Assembly (NCBI GenBank): GCA_016282395.1
Contig: JAEEKL010000256.1
Location: 1 to 44,640, forward strand
Length of the DNA stretch: 44,640 nucleotides
Reading direction: 5' to 3'
From: Bacteroidales bacterium
Lineage (GTDB): Bacteria > Bacteroidota > Bacteroidia > Bacteroidales > WCHB1-69
The first letter of the stretch is position 1, and each line of letters begins with the position of its first letter. Position numbers and translations under genes: made by a program. Below the pieces are notes generated by a model. The model saw only the letters and a list, made by a program, of their open reading frames with translations, did not search any database and was not told the DNA's origin. Of the stretch, positions 18,631 to 26,474 are shown piece by piece.

Positions 18631-19196
18631 TGGCAAAAACGGCAGAACAGTATGAAGAAGTGATTGCCTATTGTCGGGAGACTTTCTGCAACAAGGCTAT
18701 TGATTACGGCACGGCGTGGAGGATTCTGCGCCTGCCGTCGCTTACTGACCAAATCTATATCAAGGCTAACCGCATCCGCAGTATCCAGGAAAAGGGAGAA
18801 GCAAAAGTGGCTGAAGGCATTATTCCCGAATTTGTGGGCATCGTAAACTATGCAGTGATGGCCCTCATTCAGTTGGAGGTTGGAGTGGCAATGTCACAGG
18901 AAGAGGTTGACATGGATATTAAGACGGTGACAGAACTCTACGACAAATATATCCATGCCGCCAAGGACTTGATGATGAGCAAGAACCACGACTATGACGA
19001 GGCTTGGCGGCAGATGCGCATCAGTTCCATCACTGATATCATCCTCATGAAAATCTACCGCACCAAGTCCATCGAAGACCATCAAGGCAACACCCTCGTC
19101 TCCGAAGGCCTCGACGCCAACTACTATGATATGATCAACTACGCGATGTTCTGCCTCATCCGCCTCGTAATTGAAAAAGAACAAAACAACGATTAG
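18630..19196 (+). CDS. DUF1599 domain protein
   Basis: 188 aa made of two internal repeats of the type YGTAWRILRLPSLTDQIYIKANRIRSI / DEAWRQMRISSITDIILMKIYRTKSI. The ATG shares one base with the protease stop (TAATG). Confidence 0.7.
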   Translation: MAKTAEQYEEVIAYCRETFCNKAIDYGTAWRILRLPSLTDQIYIKANRIRSIQEKGEAKVAEGIIPEFVGIVNYAVMALIQLEVGVAMSQEEVDMDIKTVTELYDKYIHAAKDLMMSKNHDYDEAWRQMRISSITDIILMKIYRTKSIEDHQGNTLVSEGLDANYYDMINYAMFCLIRLVIEKEQNND

Positions 19197-19242
19197 TTTT
19201 TCATCTTTAATTGTACATTATACATTGTAAATTGAACAAAAT

Positions 19243-20421
19243 ATGACAAAAAAAGAACCCGTTTGGTTAAAGATAATCCGCATCCTGTTGGGGTGCCTGT
19301 TTCTGTTCTCCAGTTTCACGAAGGCCATTGACCCGGTGGGCTTCGGGGTGACGATGAACGACTACTTCGTCTCCTTCCACATGGGCTTCCTGCATCCGTT
19401 GTCTTTGTTTGCGGCGGTGGTGGCTATTACCTGCGAATTCGTGTTGGGCTGTATGCTGCTCTTCCGTGTCAAGGTGCAGTGGGCCGCCTGGGGCTACCTC
19501 CTCTTTATGACCTTCTTCTTCTTTCTCACAATGTGGTTAGCTATCGCTGAATATCTTGAGGTGAAGGGTATCCACTATTTCGGAGTTGTGAAGGATTGTG
19601 GCTGCTTCGGAGACGTGATTGAGATGTCCAACAAGGCTACTTTCCTTAAGAACGTGGTCTTCATCATCCCCACACTCATCGTCTTCTTCAACCGTAAGAA
19701 AATCAGCGACTGCCGTTTGTCAGAGTTGGGACAATGGCTCTGTGTCGGACTGTTCGCCCTCGTTGCAGTAGGCTTCCAACTGTACGTCATCCGTCATTTA
19801 CCGTTCATCGGCAAGAGTGACTGGAACAAGGGAAAGGATGTCTCTGTTTTCGTGGCGCAACCTGCGCAAAAGGATGTTGTGTTCGTCTATAAGAACAACG
19901 AAACCGGCGAGGAAATCACTCTCACGCAGGACGAGCTGATGAACCAGACCGATGACTTCTACGAAAAGAACGACTATGTCTCCCGCGAGGACAAAATTCT
20001 CAAGGAGGCGGTGAAGGCCAAGATTGACGGTTTCAATATGCTGGACGAGAATGGGGCCGACCACGCACCCGACTATTTTGCCACCGACCGCGAAGGGGAC
20101 GTATATATATTGTATGTCCATGATTTGAACGAGGCCAATGCGAAGGGAATGCAGAAGGCCATAACGCTTGCCAAGGCATGTGAGTCAGAAGGTGTTGATT
20201 TCGTGGGCATCACCAACTCTTCAGAAGAGGAGATTGCGAAGTTTGTTGAGAAATACGGAATCGAATTCCCAATCTATTACAACCCCATCAATCCGATAAC
20301 GGGACCTTTCATGGTGCGCGATGCCATCCGCTCCAACCCGGGTATTATGTTATTGGCCAAAGGTGTGGTGAAAGACAAATGGGCATGGCGCGACTTCCCG
20401 GAATCAGCTATTAGCCATTAG
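19243..20421 (+). CDS. DoxX-like membrane protein with C-terminal thioredoxin-like domain (BT_3928-type)
   Basis: Four to five N-terminal TM helices with a CGCFG motif, and a soluble C-terminal half. The usual position after DUF1599 in Bacteroidales is from recall. Confidence 0.55.
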   Translation: MTKKEPVWLKIIRILLGCLFLFSSFTKAIDPVGFGVTMNDYFVSFHMGFLHPLSLFAAVVAITCEFVLGCMLLFRVKVQWAAWGYLLFMTFFFFLTMWLAIAEYLEVKGIHYFGVVKDCGCFGDVIEMSNKATFLKNVVFIIPTLIVFFNRKKISDCRLSELGQWLCVGLFALVAVGFQLYVIRHLPFIGKSDWNKGKDVSVFVAQPAQKDVVFVYKNNETGEEITLTQDELMNQTDDFYEKNDYVSREDKILKEAVKAKIDGFNMLDENGADHAPDYFATDREGDVYILYVHDLNEANAKGMQKAITLAKACESEGVDFVGITNSSEEEIAKFVEKYGIEFPIYYNPINPITGPFMVRDAIRSNPGIMLLAKGVVKDKWAWRDFPESAISH

Positions 20422-20468
20422 TTTTTGGCATTGGGATAGCCGACAGCTAAAAGCCAGAATAAGTCAGA

Positions 20469-21326
20469 ATGATACATATCAAGCAATTAATTACAACAAT
20501 CACACAACAATTGCAGCCGCTTTACGATGAACGTGAGGCGGCTGCAATTTCATATCTGTACTTGCAGACCAAGTTAGGGATGCAGCGTTACGAGTTGGTG
20601 TTACACGGTCAAGAATGCGTAGGTGCGCAAATAATGGCCGACATCGAGCGTGATGTGGAAAAATTGAAAGCAGGTTGCCCCGTGCAATATGTACTGGGTG
20701 AGACGGAGTTTTACGGACTCCTGTTCAAGGTCTCCCCGGAGGTGCTGATTCCGAGACCGGAGACGGAAGAGTTGGTGCAGATGGTCATTGAGCGGTATAA
20801 AGGCCGAAACGTGAGGATCTGGGATGTCGGCACGGGCAGCGGTTGCATCGCCGTTGCACTGGCGAAAATGTTACCCGATGCGGAGGTCTTCGCCACGGAT
20901 GTCTCCGAGGAGGCATTGGCGGTAGCCCTCGGTAATGCACACCGCAATGGGGTAGAGGTGACTTTCGCCCGCCACGACATGCGCGATACGGCACACCCGC
21001 CTTTCGAAGGTGTGCGATTCGATGTTCTCGTCAGCAATCCGCCCTATATCCCTGCTTCCGACCGTGCCACGATGCACCGCAATGTTACGGAATACGAACC
21101 GTCATTGGCACTTTTTGTCCCTGATGAGGACAAACTGTGGTGTTATGAAGCGATTGCCCGCTTGGGACAGCGCGTGCTGAATCCTGAAGGCGCAATAATC
21201 GCGGAAACGTATCATGATTATCATGAGGCTTTGACGTCCTTGTTTAAACGGAATGGGTTTGGGAAAGTGTGTTCTTTCAGGGATATGAACGGACGATTAC
21301 GGTTTATCCATATTGGTCTCTTTTAA
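20469..21326 (+). CDS. prmC: release factor glutamine N5-methyltransferase
   Basis: Motifs present: VLIPRPETEELV, the SAM motif DVGTGSGCIA and the catalytic NPPY (VSNPPYIP). Confidence 0.92.
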   Translation: MIHIKQLITTITQQLQPLYDEREAAAISYLYLQTKLGMQRYELVLHGQECVGAQIMADIERDVEKLKAGCPVQYVLGETEFYGLLFKVSPEVLIPRPETEELVQMVIERYKGRNVRIWDVGTGSGCIAVALAKMLPDAEVFATDVSEEALAVALGNAHRNGVEVTFARHDMRDTAHPPFEGVRFDVLVSNPPYIPASDRATMHRNVTEYEPSLALFVPDEDKLWCYEAIARLGQRVLNPEGAIIAETYHDYHEALTSLFKRNGFGKVCSFRDMNGRLRFIHIGLF

Positions 21327-21330
21327 GATC

Positions 21331-22041
21331 CTACAATCTCCCTTCTTCCGCAAAACTGTAATAATTTTCCCGATGAATGATGATATGGTCCACAAGGATG
21401 ATGTCCATGATTCGGGAAATCTTGTTTATTTTCTCTGTTAGGGCTATGTCAGCCTTGCTCGGTTTTACAGACCCGGATGGATGGTTGTGGCAGAGGATGA
21501 TTTGAGTTGCTTTTAAAATGACAGCCTCCTGCATTACAATGCGGGTGTCCACTTCCGTACTGGTGATGCCCCCTTTGCTGATTTGGACGGTCTTGAGAAT
21601 GGTGTTTGCATTGTTAAGATAGATAACCCAAAACTCCTCGTGGTTCAAGTACGCTATTTTGGCTTGCATCAGGTTTACTACGTCCAAACTGTTTTGAATA
21701 TGCGGTTTAAGTTCCACTTTTTCAGTTCGGATACGCCTTCCGATTTCGAAAGCTGTAAGCAATGTGATGGCTTTCACTTGTCCGATGCCTTTGATTTCGG
21801 ATAGTTCCTGTAATGTTTTTTCGGATAGTGTGTTAAGACTGTTGTCGGATGAGGAGAGCAAGTGCTTGGCTAATTCCACAGCGGATTCCGACTCGTTTCC
21901 AGTTCGGAGCAAAATAGCAATCAGTTCAGCATCGGATAATGCTATGGCACCGTTTTTAGCATACTTCTCGCGGGGTCTGTCTTGGACACTCCACTCTTTG
22001 ATAGTTAATCGTTTGTTTTCGTAGGTTGAGCTTTTGTTCAT
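21331..22041 (-). CDS. radC: RadC-family JAB/MPN-domain protein (UPF0758)
   Basis: The N-terminal PREKY...LSDAELIAILLRTG HhH region and the C-terminal HNHPSG JAMM-like motif are both present. Confidence 0.9.
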   Translation of the reverse strand: MNKSSTYENKRLTIKEWSVQDRPREKYAKNGAIALSDAELIAILLRTGNESESAVELAKHLLSSSDNSLNTLSEKTLQELSEIKGIGQVKAITLLTAFEIGRRIRTEKVELKPHIQNSLDVVNLMQAKIAYLNHEEFWVIYLNNANTILKTVQISKGGITSTEVDTRIVMQEAVILKATQIILCHNHPSGSVKPSKADIALTEKINKISRIMDIILVDHIIIHRENYYSFAEEGRL

Positions 22042-22050
22042 GGGGGTTGG

Positions 22051-22986
22051 TTAGTACATTTGAGATCGTTTGAGCAAATAGGGTAGTAGTATTTGTTCGA
22101 AACCTTGGGTGATGTCTGCGGGAATTACATCAATTTGGTATTGCCCACATTTCACTTTGATTTCCTGGAAGTAGTCGCGCACAGTCTGTTGGTAAAACTC
22201 TCGGATGTTGTTGGCGTGTACTTTTACCTCGTTGCCGGTCTCCATATCCACGAACTTGTAGAGTCGGTTTTCGAAGGCAAAGTCGTATTCCAGTTGTTTG
22301 TCGAAAGTGTGGAAGAGAACCACTTCGTGCTTGTTGTGGCGCAGATGACCCAATGCCAGCAGAAGTTCGTCAAGGTTGCTGGATGTTTCCAGCATGTCGC
22401 TGAAGATGATGACGAGGGAGCGGCGGTGAATCTGTTCGGCGATTTGGTGCAGGGTGTCGGTGACCATTGATTGTCGTTGCACGTTATCGCCGATGGGTTG
22501 GAGCACTTTCTCCAGTTCGCGATAAATCATCTTATGGTGCGCATCGCCGCCACGTGCACGGGTTTGAAGCTCTAACTTGTCGGAGAAGAGGCTCAGCCCC
22601 ACCGCATCGCGCTGGCTCTTGAACACCTGCATCAGTACGGCTGCGGCATACACGGAGAAAAAAATCTTGTTCGGTTGTGCAAGGGTGTATTTCTGCCGTT
22701 TGGGGAAATACATGGAGGACGAGTTGTCGATGACTAACTGGCATCTTAAGTTGGTCTCCTCCTCATATTGTTTGACGAATAGTTTGTCAGTCCGGGCGTA
22801 GAGTTTCCAGTCAATGTGGCGAATCGGTTCGCCGGTGTTATAGGGACGGTGTTCTGCAAATTCCACCGAGAAACCGTGCATCGGGCTTTTGTGGATACCT
22901 GTGATGAATCCTTCCACCACTTGCTTGGCCACAAATTCCACGTGGTCGAATTGGGTTATTTTCGTCAAATCGATTGTATATGCCAT
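22051..22986 (-). CDS. DUF58 (vWA-like, MoxR-associated family) protein
   Basis: HIDWKLYARTDKLFVKQYEEETN is the DUF58 hallmark. The start is set at the ATG at 22986 because the TACCTTTG -7 box (23005-23012) overlaps the longer track ORF. Confidence 0.8.
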   Translation of the reverse strand: MAYTIDLTKITQFDHVEFVAKQVVEGFITGIHKSPMHGFSVEFAEHRPYNTGEPIRHIDWKLYARTDKLFVKQYEEETNLRCQLVIDNSSSMYFPKRQKYTLAQPNKIFFSVYAAAVLMQVFKSQRDAVGLSLFSDKLELQTRARGGDAHHKMIYRELEKVLQPIGDNVQRQSMVTDTLHQIAEQIHRRSLVIIFSDMLETSSNLDELLLALGHLRHNKHEVVLFHTFDKQLEYDFAFENRLYKFVDMETGNEVKVHANNIREFYQQTVRDYFQEIKVKCGQYQIDVIPADITQGFEQILLPYLLKRSQMY

Positions 22987-23004
22987 AGACAGAATTTTAG
23001 GGCG

Positions 23005-23012
23005 CAAAGGTA
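23005..23012 (-). promoter_or_regulatory. putative -7 box TACCTTTG for DUF58-radC
   Basis: + strand caaaggta; 19 nt upstream of the ATG at 22986. Confidence 0.45.
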
Positions 23013-23038
23013 CAATTTTTTCAGACTTTCAAAGAACA

Positions 23039-24685
23039 TTACTGATCAGAATTGAATGAATGCCATTCGTTGAGAAATTTATTGCTGAAGGTCGTCACAT
23101 TCTGCTCTGAGGAGAACAATTCTGATGCGGTGAACAGTTTACGGGTGCCGTTTTTGTCACAAAACAGAAGGCAAGGAAAATCTTTTTCCGGGATTTTTCG
23201 GTGCGATGTGATGTCAGAAAAACCTGGTGTGCCGCATGAGTATAGCGTAAACTCCTTGGTGAGGTATTGTTTTATCCTGCTGCTGATGTCGTATGCGGAC
23301 AGACCATTCAGCGGATGGGCATAAACATGTCCGATGTGCAGCATTTCAACATTGCTATTGTTGAGGAGTTCGTAAATGGCGTTTACACATCCGGAACACT
23401 CCAGATCTTGGTGTAGAATCAATACGCTTTTTTCGGCTGGAAGATCTTGTAGGCAGATTCGGTTTTGGGCTGTGGTGATAAGTTCGCATGGTTTTGGTTT
23501 GTCCACTGGCGAATACCGCATGATTTTGTATGCGAGTACCGGTTCGTGAGAAAGAAAGAATTGGTTTTCCTCATTCAGATAATCTTTTCCTCTTTTCCCT
23601 TGCCAGGTCACGTTCGATTTCAAAGTCAGCTGGACAATCACATCGTCTCCGGACGCATTTGTCTTTTCTAAACCGTTTTTGAACAGTGTAAATGGGAACT
23701 GTGCCGCAACATAGATGCTGTCTTCATGGTTGGATGCTGAATAACGGACTGTGTTTCCGTCTTTTTTGCGTATGGCATATTGCAGCACAGCGTTCCCGGC
23801 TATGGTATCGTAATAGGTGAAGAATAGCAGGAGATCCCCTTTTAACGGCATGACCACTTTTGGATAGGAGTATTTGAACAGGTCATCCTTGGTCGCGAAA
23901 ATACGTTCTATCCCGTATGGTACCGATAATGTTTTTCGGATATATTCCTCTTCAAAGGCTTTCCAGGAAGGAATGTCAAAGATAATCGTGTCCTGAAGTT
24001 GCCCGTCTAGTGAATACACCTCCAAACGGGGGAATCTCGTGCTTAGGAAGAATACAGATTGTTGGTTGTGGGAAATGTAGCGATTGGGCTGAATTTGGAC
24101 AATGTGAGGTGCTTCGTAAGGCAGCTCACGGACCAGAGTCTCCCTGTCGCTGTCAAGATTCTGTTGAAACCACTTGAACCCCTTGTCATGGTCTTCCTCA
24201 AAGAAATTAAGCTTCCCTTGATGAATGTATCCCACGAACAAGTTGTGATGACGGTATGTGGCAACCACCTGGTAGTTTTGATTATTGATTTGTTTATAAA
24301 GAATTAGTGCTTCCTGTGTGGTGACCAGCAGATAATCTCCGTCAAAACAGAAATCATAAATCCAAAGATTGCGGATATTGTGTTCCGGTTTCTTCAGGCT
24401 TTCCGGAAGTGGAAGCATGATTTCGGTTTGTTCATAATTGTCCAAAGACAGCTTGTGGATAACCGCTTGATAGCCATTCTCCTTGTATTGGTAGCCCTGT
24501 TGTTCGACAAAAAAGAATGCGTTATTCTGTATCCTGCTTTTAAGCAGGTTGAGGTTCTTGGGTTGGTGTGTACATTGCATATCGACTATAGAGTCCAATG
24601 TGAACTGTTCACCAATCCATTCTTGTCCTGTCGCACCCAGCGATGCCAAAATCAAGCTGACGATGACAAATATCCGTGTTTTCAT
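23039..24685 (-). CDS. hypothetical secreted protein: beta-propeller-like body plus C-terminal thioredoxin-fold-like CxxC module
   Basis: Signal peptide MKTRIFVIVSLILASLGATG. The body resembles the Bacteroidales 6-bladed-propeller lipoprotein families only loosely. The C-terminal KSVLILHQDLECSGCVNAIYELL fits the strand-CxxC-helix pattern of thioredoxin-like folds. This call is inference. Confidence 0.45.
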   Translation of the reverse strand: MKTRIFVIVSLILASLGATGQEWIGEQFTLDSIVDMQCTHQPKNLNLLKSRIQNNAFFFVEQQGYQYKENGYQAVIHKLSLDNYEQTEIMLPLPESLKKPEHNIRNLWIYDFCFDGDYLLVTTQEALILYKQINNQNYQVVATYRHHNLFVGYIHQGKLNFFEEDHDKGFKWFQQNLDSDRETLVRELPYEAPHIVQIQPNRYISHNQQSVFFLSTRFPRLEVYSLDGQLQDTIIFDIPSWKAFEEEYIRKTLSVPYGIERIFATKDDLFKYSYPKVVMPLKGDLLLFFTYYDTIAGNAVLQYAIRKKDGNTVRYSASNHEDSIYVAAQFPFTLFKNGLEKTNASGDDVIVQLTLKSNVTWQGKRGKDYLNEENQFFLSHEPVLAYKIMRYSPVDKPKPCELITTAQNRICLQDLPAEKSVLILHQDLECSGCVNAIYELLNNSNVEMLHIGHVYAHPLNGLSAYDISSRIKQYLTKEFTLYSCGTPGFSDITSHRKIPEKDFPCLLFCDKNGTRKLFTASELFSSEQNVTTFSNKFLNEWHSFNSDQ

Positions 24686-24711
24686 AGAATCTTCTGTTTT
24701 AGGAGTGAGTA

Positions 24712-25269
24712 TTAGTTGCTGCCTACGTTAAGAAGATTTGTCTTCTCGATGTAAATCTTCATCGTGGACGTGTTGGCCGTGCTCGCTGTCACAACACCTC
24801 TGACAACGTATGCCTCCGTTTTCTTTTTTGAGGATTTGCTACTTCCTTTTGATGCAAATGCAAGTTTCTTGGTGTAGGTTGACGGGACGGCTTTCTCAGG
24901 AGATCCTGATGCAACGGCTGTTGCGTTGTTTGCAATCGCAGTCTCGTATTGCTGGATGACATCGTTGATGGCCTGTCTGAAGGAATTCAATTTGCCTGAT
25001 TCTGTTTCAACAGAAACGGTCATGCCGTTGTTGATGTTCAGCGCGTTACAGTTAGGCACTCTGCATGCGGAAAATCCGCTACCTGAGCAATCCAAATGAC
25101 CTACGCCGTCCGAATTGACCTCGCCTGGTGAGTAGCTCACATAGTTGTAAAGGTTAAAAATTGCGGTGACACCGCCTTGTGATTTGTTGACGATCACAGA
25201 CGGGACTTTTTCGGCGAAAGCGCCAAAAGTTAAAATACTCAATCCGATTAAAAATAAAATCTTTTTCAT
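24712..25269 (-). CDS. hypothetical small secreted protein (4 Cys, Ser/Lys-rich linker)
   Basis: 185 aa with signal peptide MKKILFLIGLSILTFGAFA, a Cys cluster HLDCSGSGFSACRVPNC, and a KGSSKSSKKK linker. I recognise no family. It lies 26 nt upstream of the 548-aa gene, so the two are probably an operon. Confidence 0.55.
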   Translation of the reverse strand: MKKILFLIGLSILTFGAFAEKVPSVIVNKSQGGVTAIFNLYNYVSYSPGEVNSDGVGHLDCSGSGFSACRVPNCNALNINNGMTVSVETESGKLNSFRQAINDVIQQYETAIANNATAVASGSPEKAVPSTYTKKLAFASKGSSKSSKKKTEAYVVRGVVTASTANTSTMKIYIEKTNLLNVGSN

Positions 25270-25273
25270 AGTC

Positions 25274-25345
25274 TTTTTGTTTTGTTTTTTGTTTTTTGTT
25301 TTGTTTGTTTTGTTTGTTTTGTTTGTTTTGTTTGTTTGTTGGTTG
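25274..25345 (-). repeat. about 70-nt pure C/A (mRNA sense) tract: (CAAAACAAA)x4 plus (CAAAAAA)x2, ending 4 nt before the ATG at 25269
   Basis: The + strand reads TTTTTG TTTTG TTTTTTG TTTTTTG TTTTG TTTG TTTTG TTTG TTTTG TTTG TTTTG TTTG TTTG TTGGTTG, containing only G and T. Confidence 0.9.
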
Positions 25346-25506
25346 CCTCCCTTTCGCGGAGACGATAGTTTCCTATCTTCGTTAATCTCCCTTGTCGGTT
25401 GATTAATGGTTTTGTTTCTTTTGCGGCGGTCTCTTGTTTTTGGTGATTGAGGTGAATGTTTTCACGGTCAAATTCAGTCGGGGGTGCCAACCCTTTTTGA
25501 ACAGTA

Positions 25507-25514
25507 CAAAGATA
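25507..25514 (-). promoter_or_regulatory. putative -7 box TATCTTTG driving the 24712-25269 gene with a leader of about 230 nt
   Basis: + strand caaagata; the only TAnnTTTG match I found in the 400-nt spacer. Confidence 0.35.
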
Positions 25515-25590
25515 ATACATAGACAAGCGTTTGTCAAGTATTTTTAAAAATTTTTTTCTCTTTGAGTGTCAGGGGGTTGTGGAAAAGGCG

Positions 25591-25616
25591 TTTACTATTC
25601 AAGGATGAATAGTAAA
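25591..25616 (-). terminator. perfect 11-bp stem / 4-nt loop hairpin downstream of the ECF sigma gene
   Basis: TTTACTATTCA-AGGA-TGAATAGTAAA, about 58 nt after the sigma stop codon. T-runs flank it on both strands. The stem is AT-rich, so its strength is uncertain. Confidence 0.4.
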
Positions 25617-25673
25617 TTTTCGGAATGAAATTTCGCAGGATTTTGGCGAATTGCTGCAAAAATCGAATCAGGG

Positions 25674-26255
25674 CTACTCTAAAACCACATGATTTTTCGC
25701 CATGATTTTTCTGAGGTTGATGAGGGCATATCGCATACGGCCCAATGCGGTGTTGATGCTGACTTTGGTCAGTTCCGCAATCTCTTTGAAGCTGTAGTCC
25801 ATGTAAATCCTCATTTTTAGTACCTCCTTTTGTTCTTCAGGAAGGTATTCGACATAGTGGTTGATGTCCTCGTATGTCTGTTGGCGGATCAATTTCTCCT
25901 CGACAGATTCATCCTTTGAACCGATAATCGTGAAAATGTCAAACTCTTCACCGCCGTCAACAACGGGCATGCGTTGCATTTTCCGGTAATAGTCGATTTT
26001 CAGGTTGTTCGCAATCCGCATAATCCACTGGAAAAACTTTCCCTCTTCCTGATAGTTGCCCGATCGGATGGTGTTTATGACCTTGATGAAGGTGTCTTGG
26101 AAGATGTCTTCCGCCAACTCTTTGTTCTTGACGGAAACCATAATGTAAGAGAACAACCGCCGTTCATAACGGAGTACGATGGTCTTCAGTGCAATTTCAT
26201 CACCTGATTGATAACGTGCTATCAGTTCGTTATCGGACAAGGCATTCCAATTCAT
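25674..26255 (-). CDS. ECF-type sigma-70 family RNA polymerase sigma factor
   Basis: Region 2 (EDIFQDTFIKV...FFQWIMRIANN) and region 4 HTH (YSFKEIAELTKVSINTALGRMRYAL) are present. The start is at the ATG at 26255 (MNWNALSDNEL), because the track start at 26369 lies in the promoter box. Confidence 0.88.
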   Translation of the reverse strand: MNWNALSDNELIARYQSGDEIALKTIVLRYERRLFSYIMVSVKNKELAEDIFQDTFIKVINTIRSGNYQEEGKFFQWIMRIANNLKIDYYRKMQRMPVVDGGEEFDIFTIIGSKDESVEEKLIRQQTYEDINHYVEYLPEEQKEVLKMRIYMDYSFKEIAELTKVSINTALGRMRYALINLRKIMAKNHVVLE

Positions 26256-26366
26256 GATATGCTCCTTTCTTTTATGGGTTAATAAAAACAGAAAGTAGAT
26301 GTTTCTTCGATAGCGCGTTCTTTTAATGTTTAAAATTGATAATGCCTTTTGTTTATAATTGAACGG

Positions 26367-26374
26367 CAAAAATA
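26367..26374 (-). promoter_or_regulatory. putative -7 box TATTTTTG for the ECF sigma gene
   Basis: + strand caaaaata; about 112 nt upstream of the ATG at 26255. Confidence 0.4.
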
Positions 26375-26440
26375 CATTTTTTTTTAATACGACATGCTTT
26401 CGGGATTTTTTTTTTAAACAAACAGAATGTAGAAAAAGAT

Positions 26441-26448
26441 TATCTTTG
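26441..26448 (+). promoter_or_regulatory. putative -7 box TATCTTTG for the DUF5103 gene
   Basis: Exact match 27 nt upstream of the ATG at 26475. Confidence 0.5.
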
Positions 26449-26474
26449 CATTTTAATCAAATAAGCATTTCATT

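Noticed and set aside
25266-25526. An 86-aa ORF ending ..TNKQTKQTKQTKQTKQKTKNKTKRL, whose TGA overlaps the next gene's ATG (ATGA)
   Set aside because: The Lys/Gln/Thr repeat is simply the translation of the C/A tandem tract. The ORF needs a TTG start or an ATG that lies upstream of the only plausible -7 box, and it has no TM or anti-sigma features. The ATGA overlap is intriguing, so Ribo-seq could revisit this.
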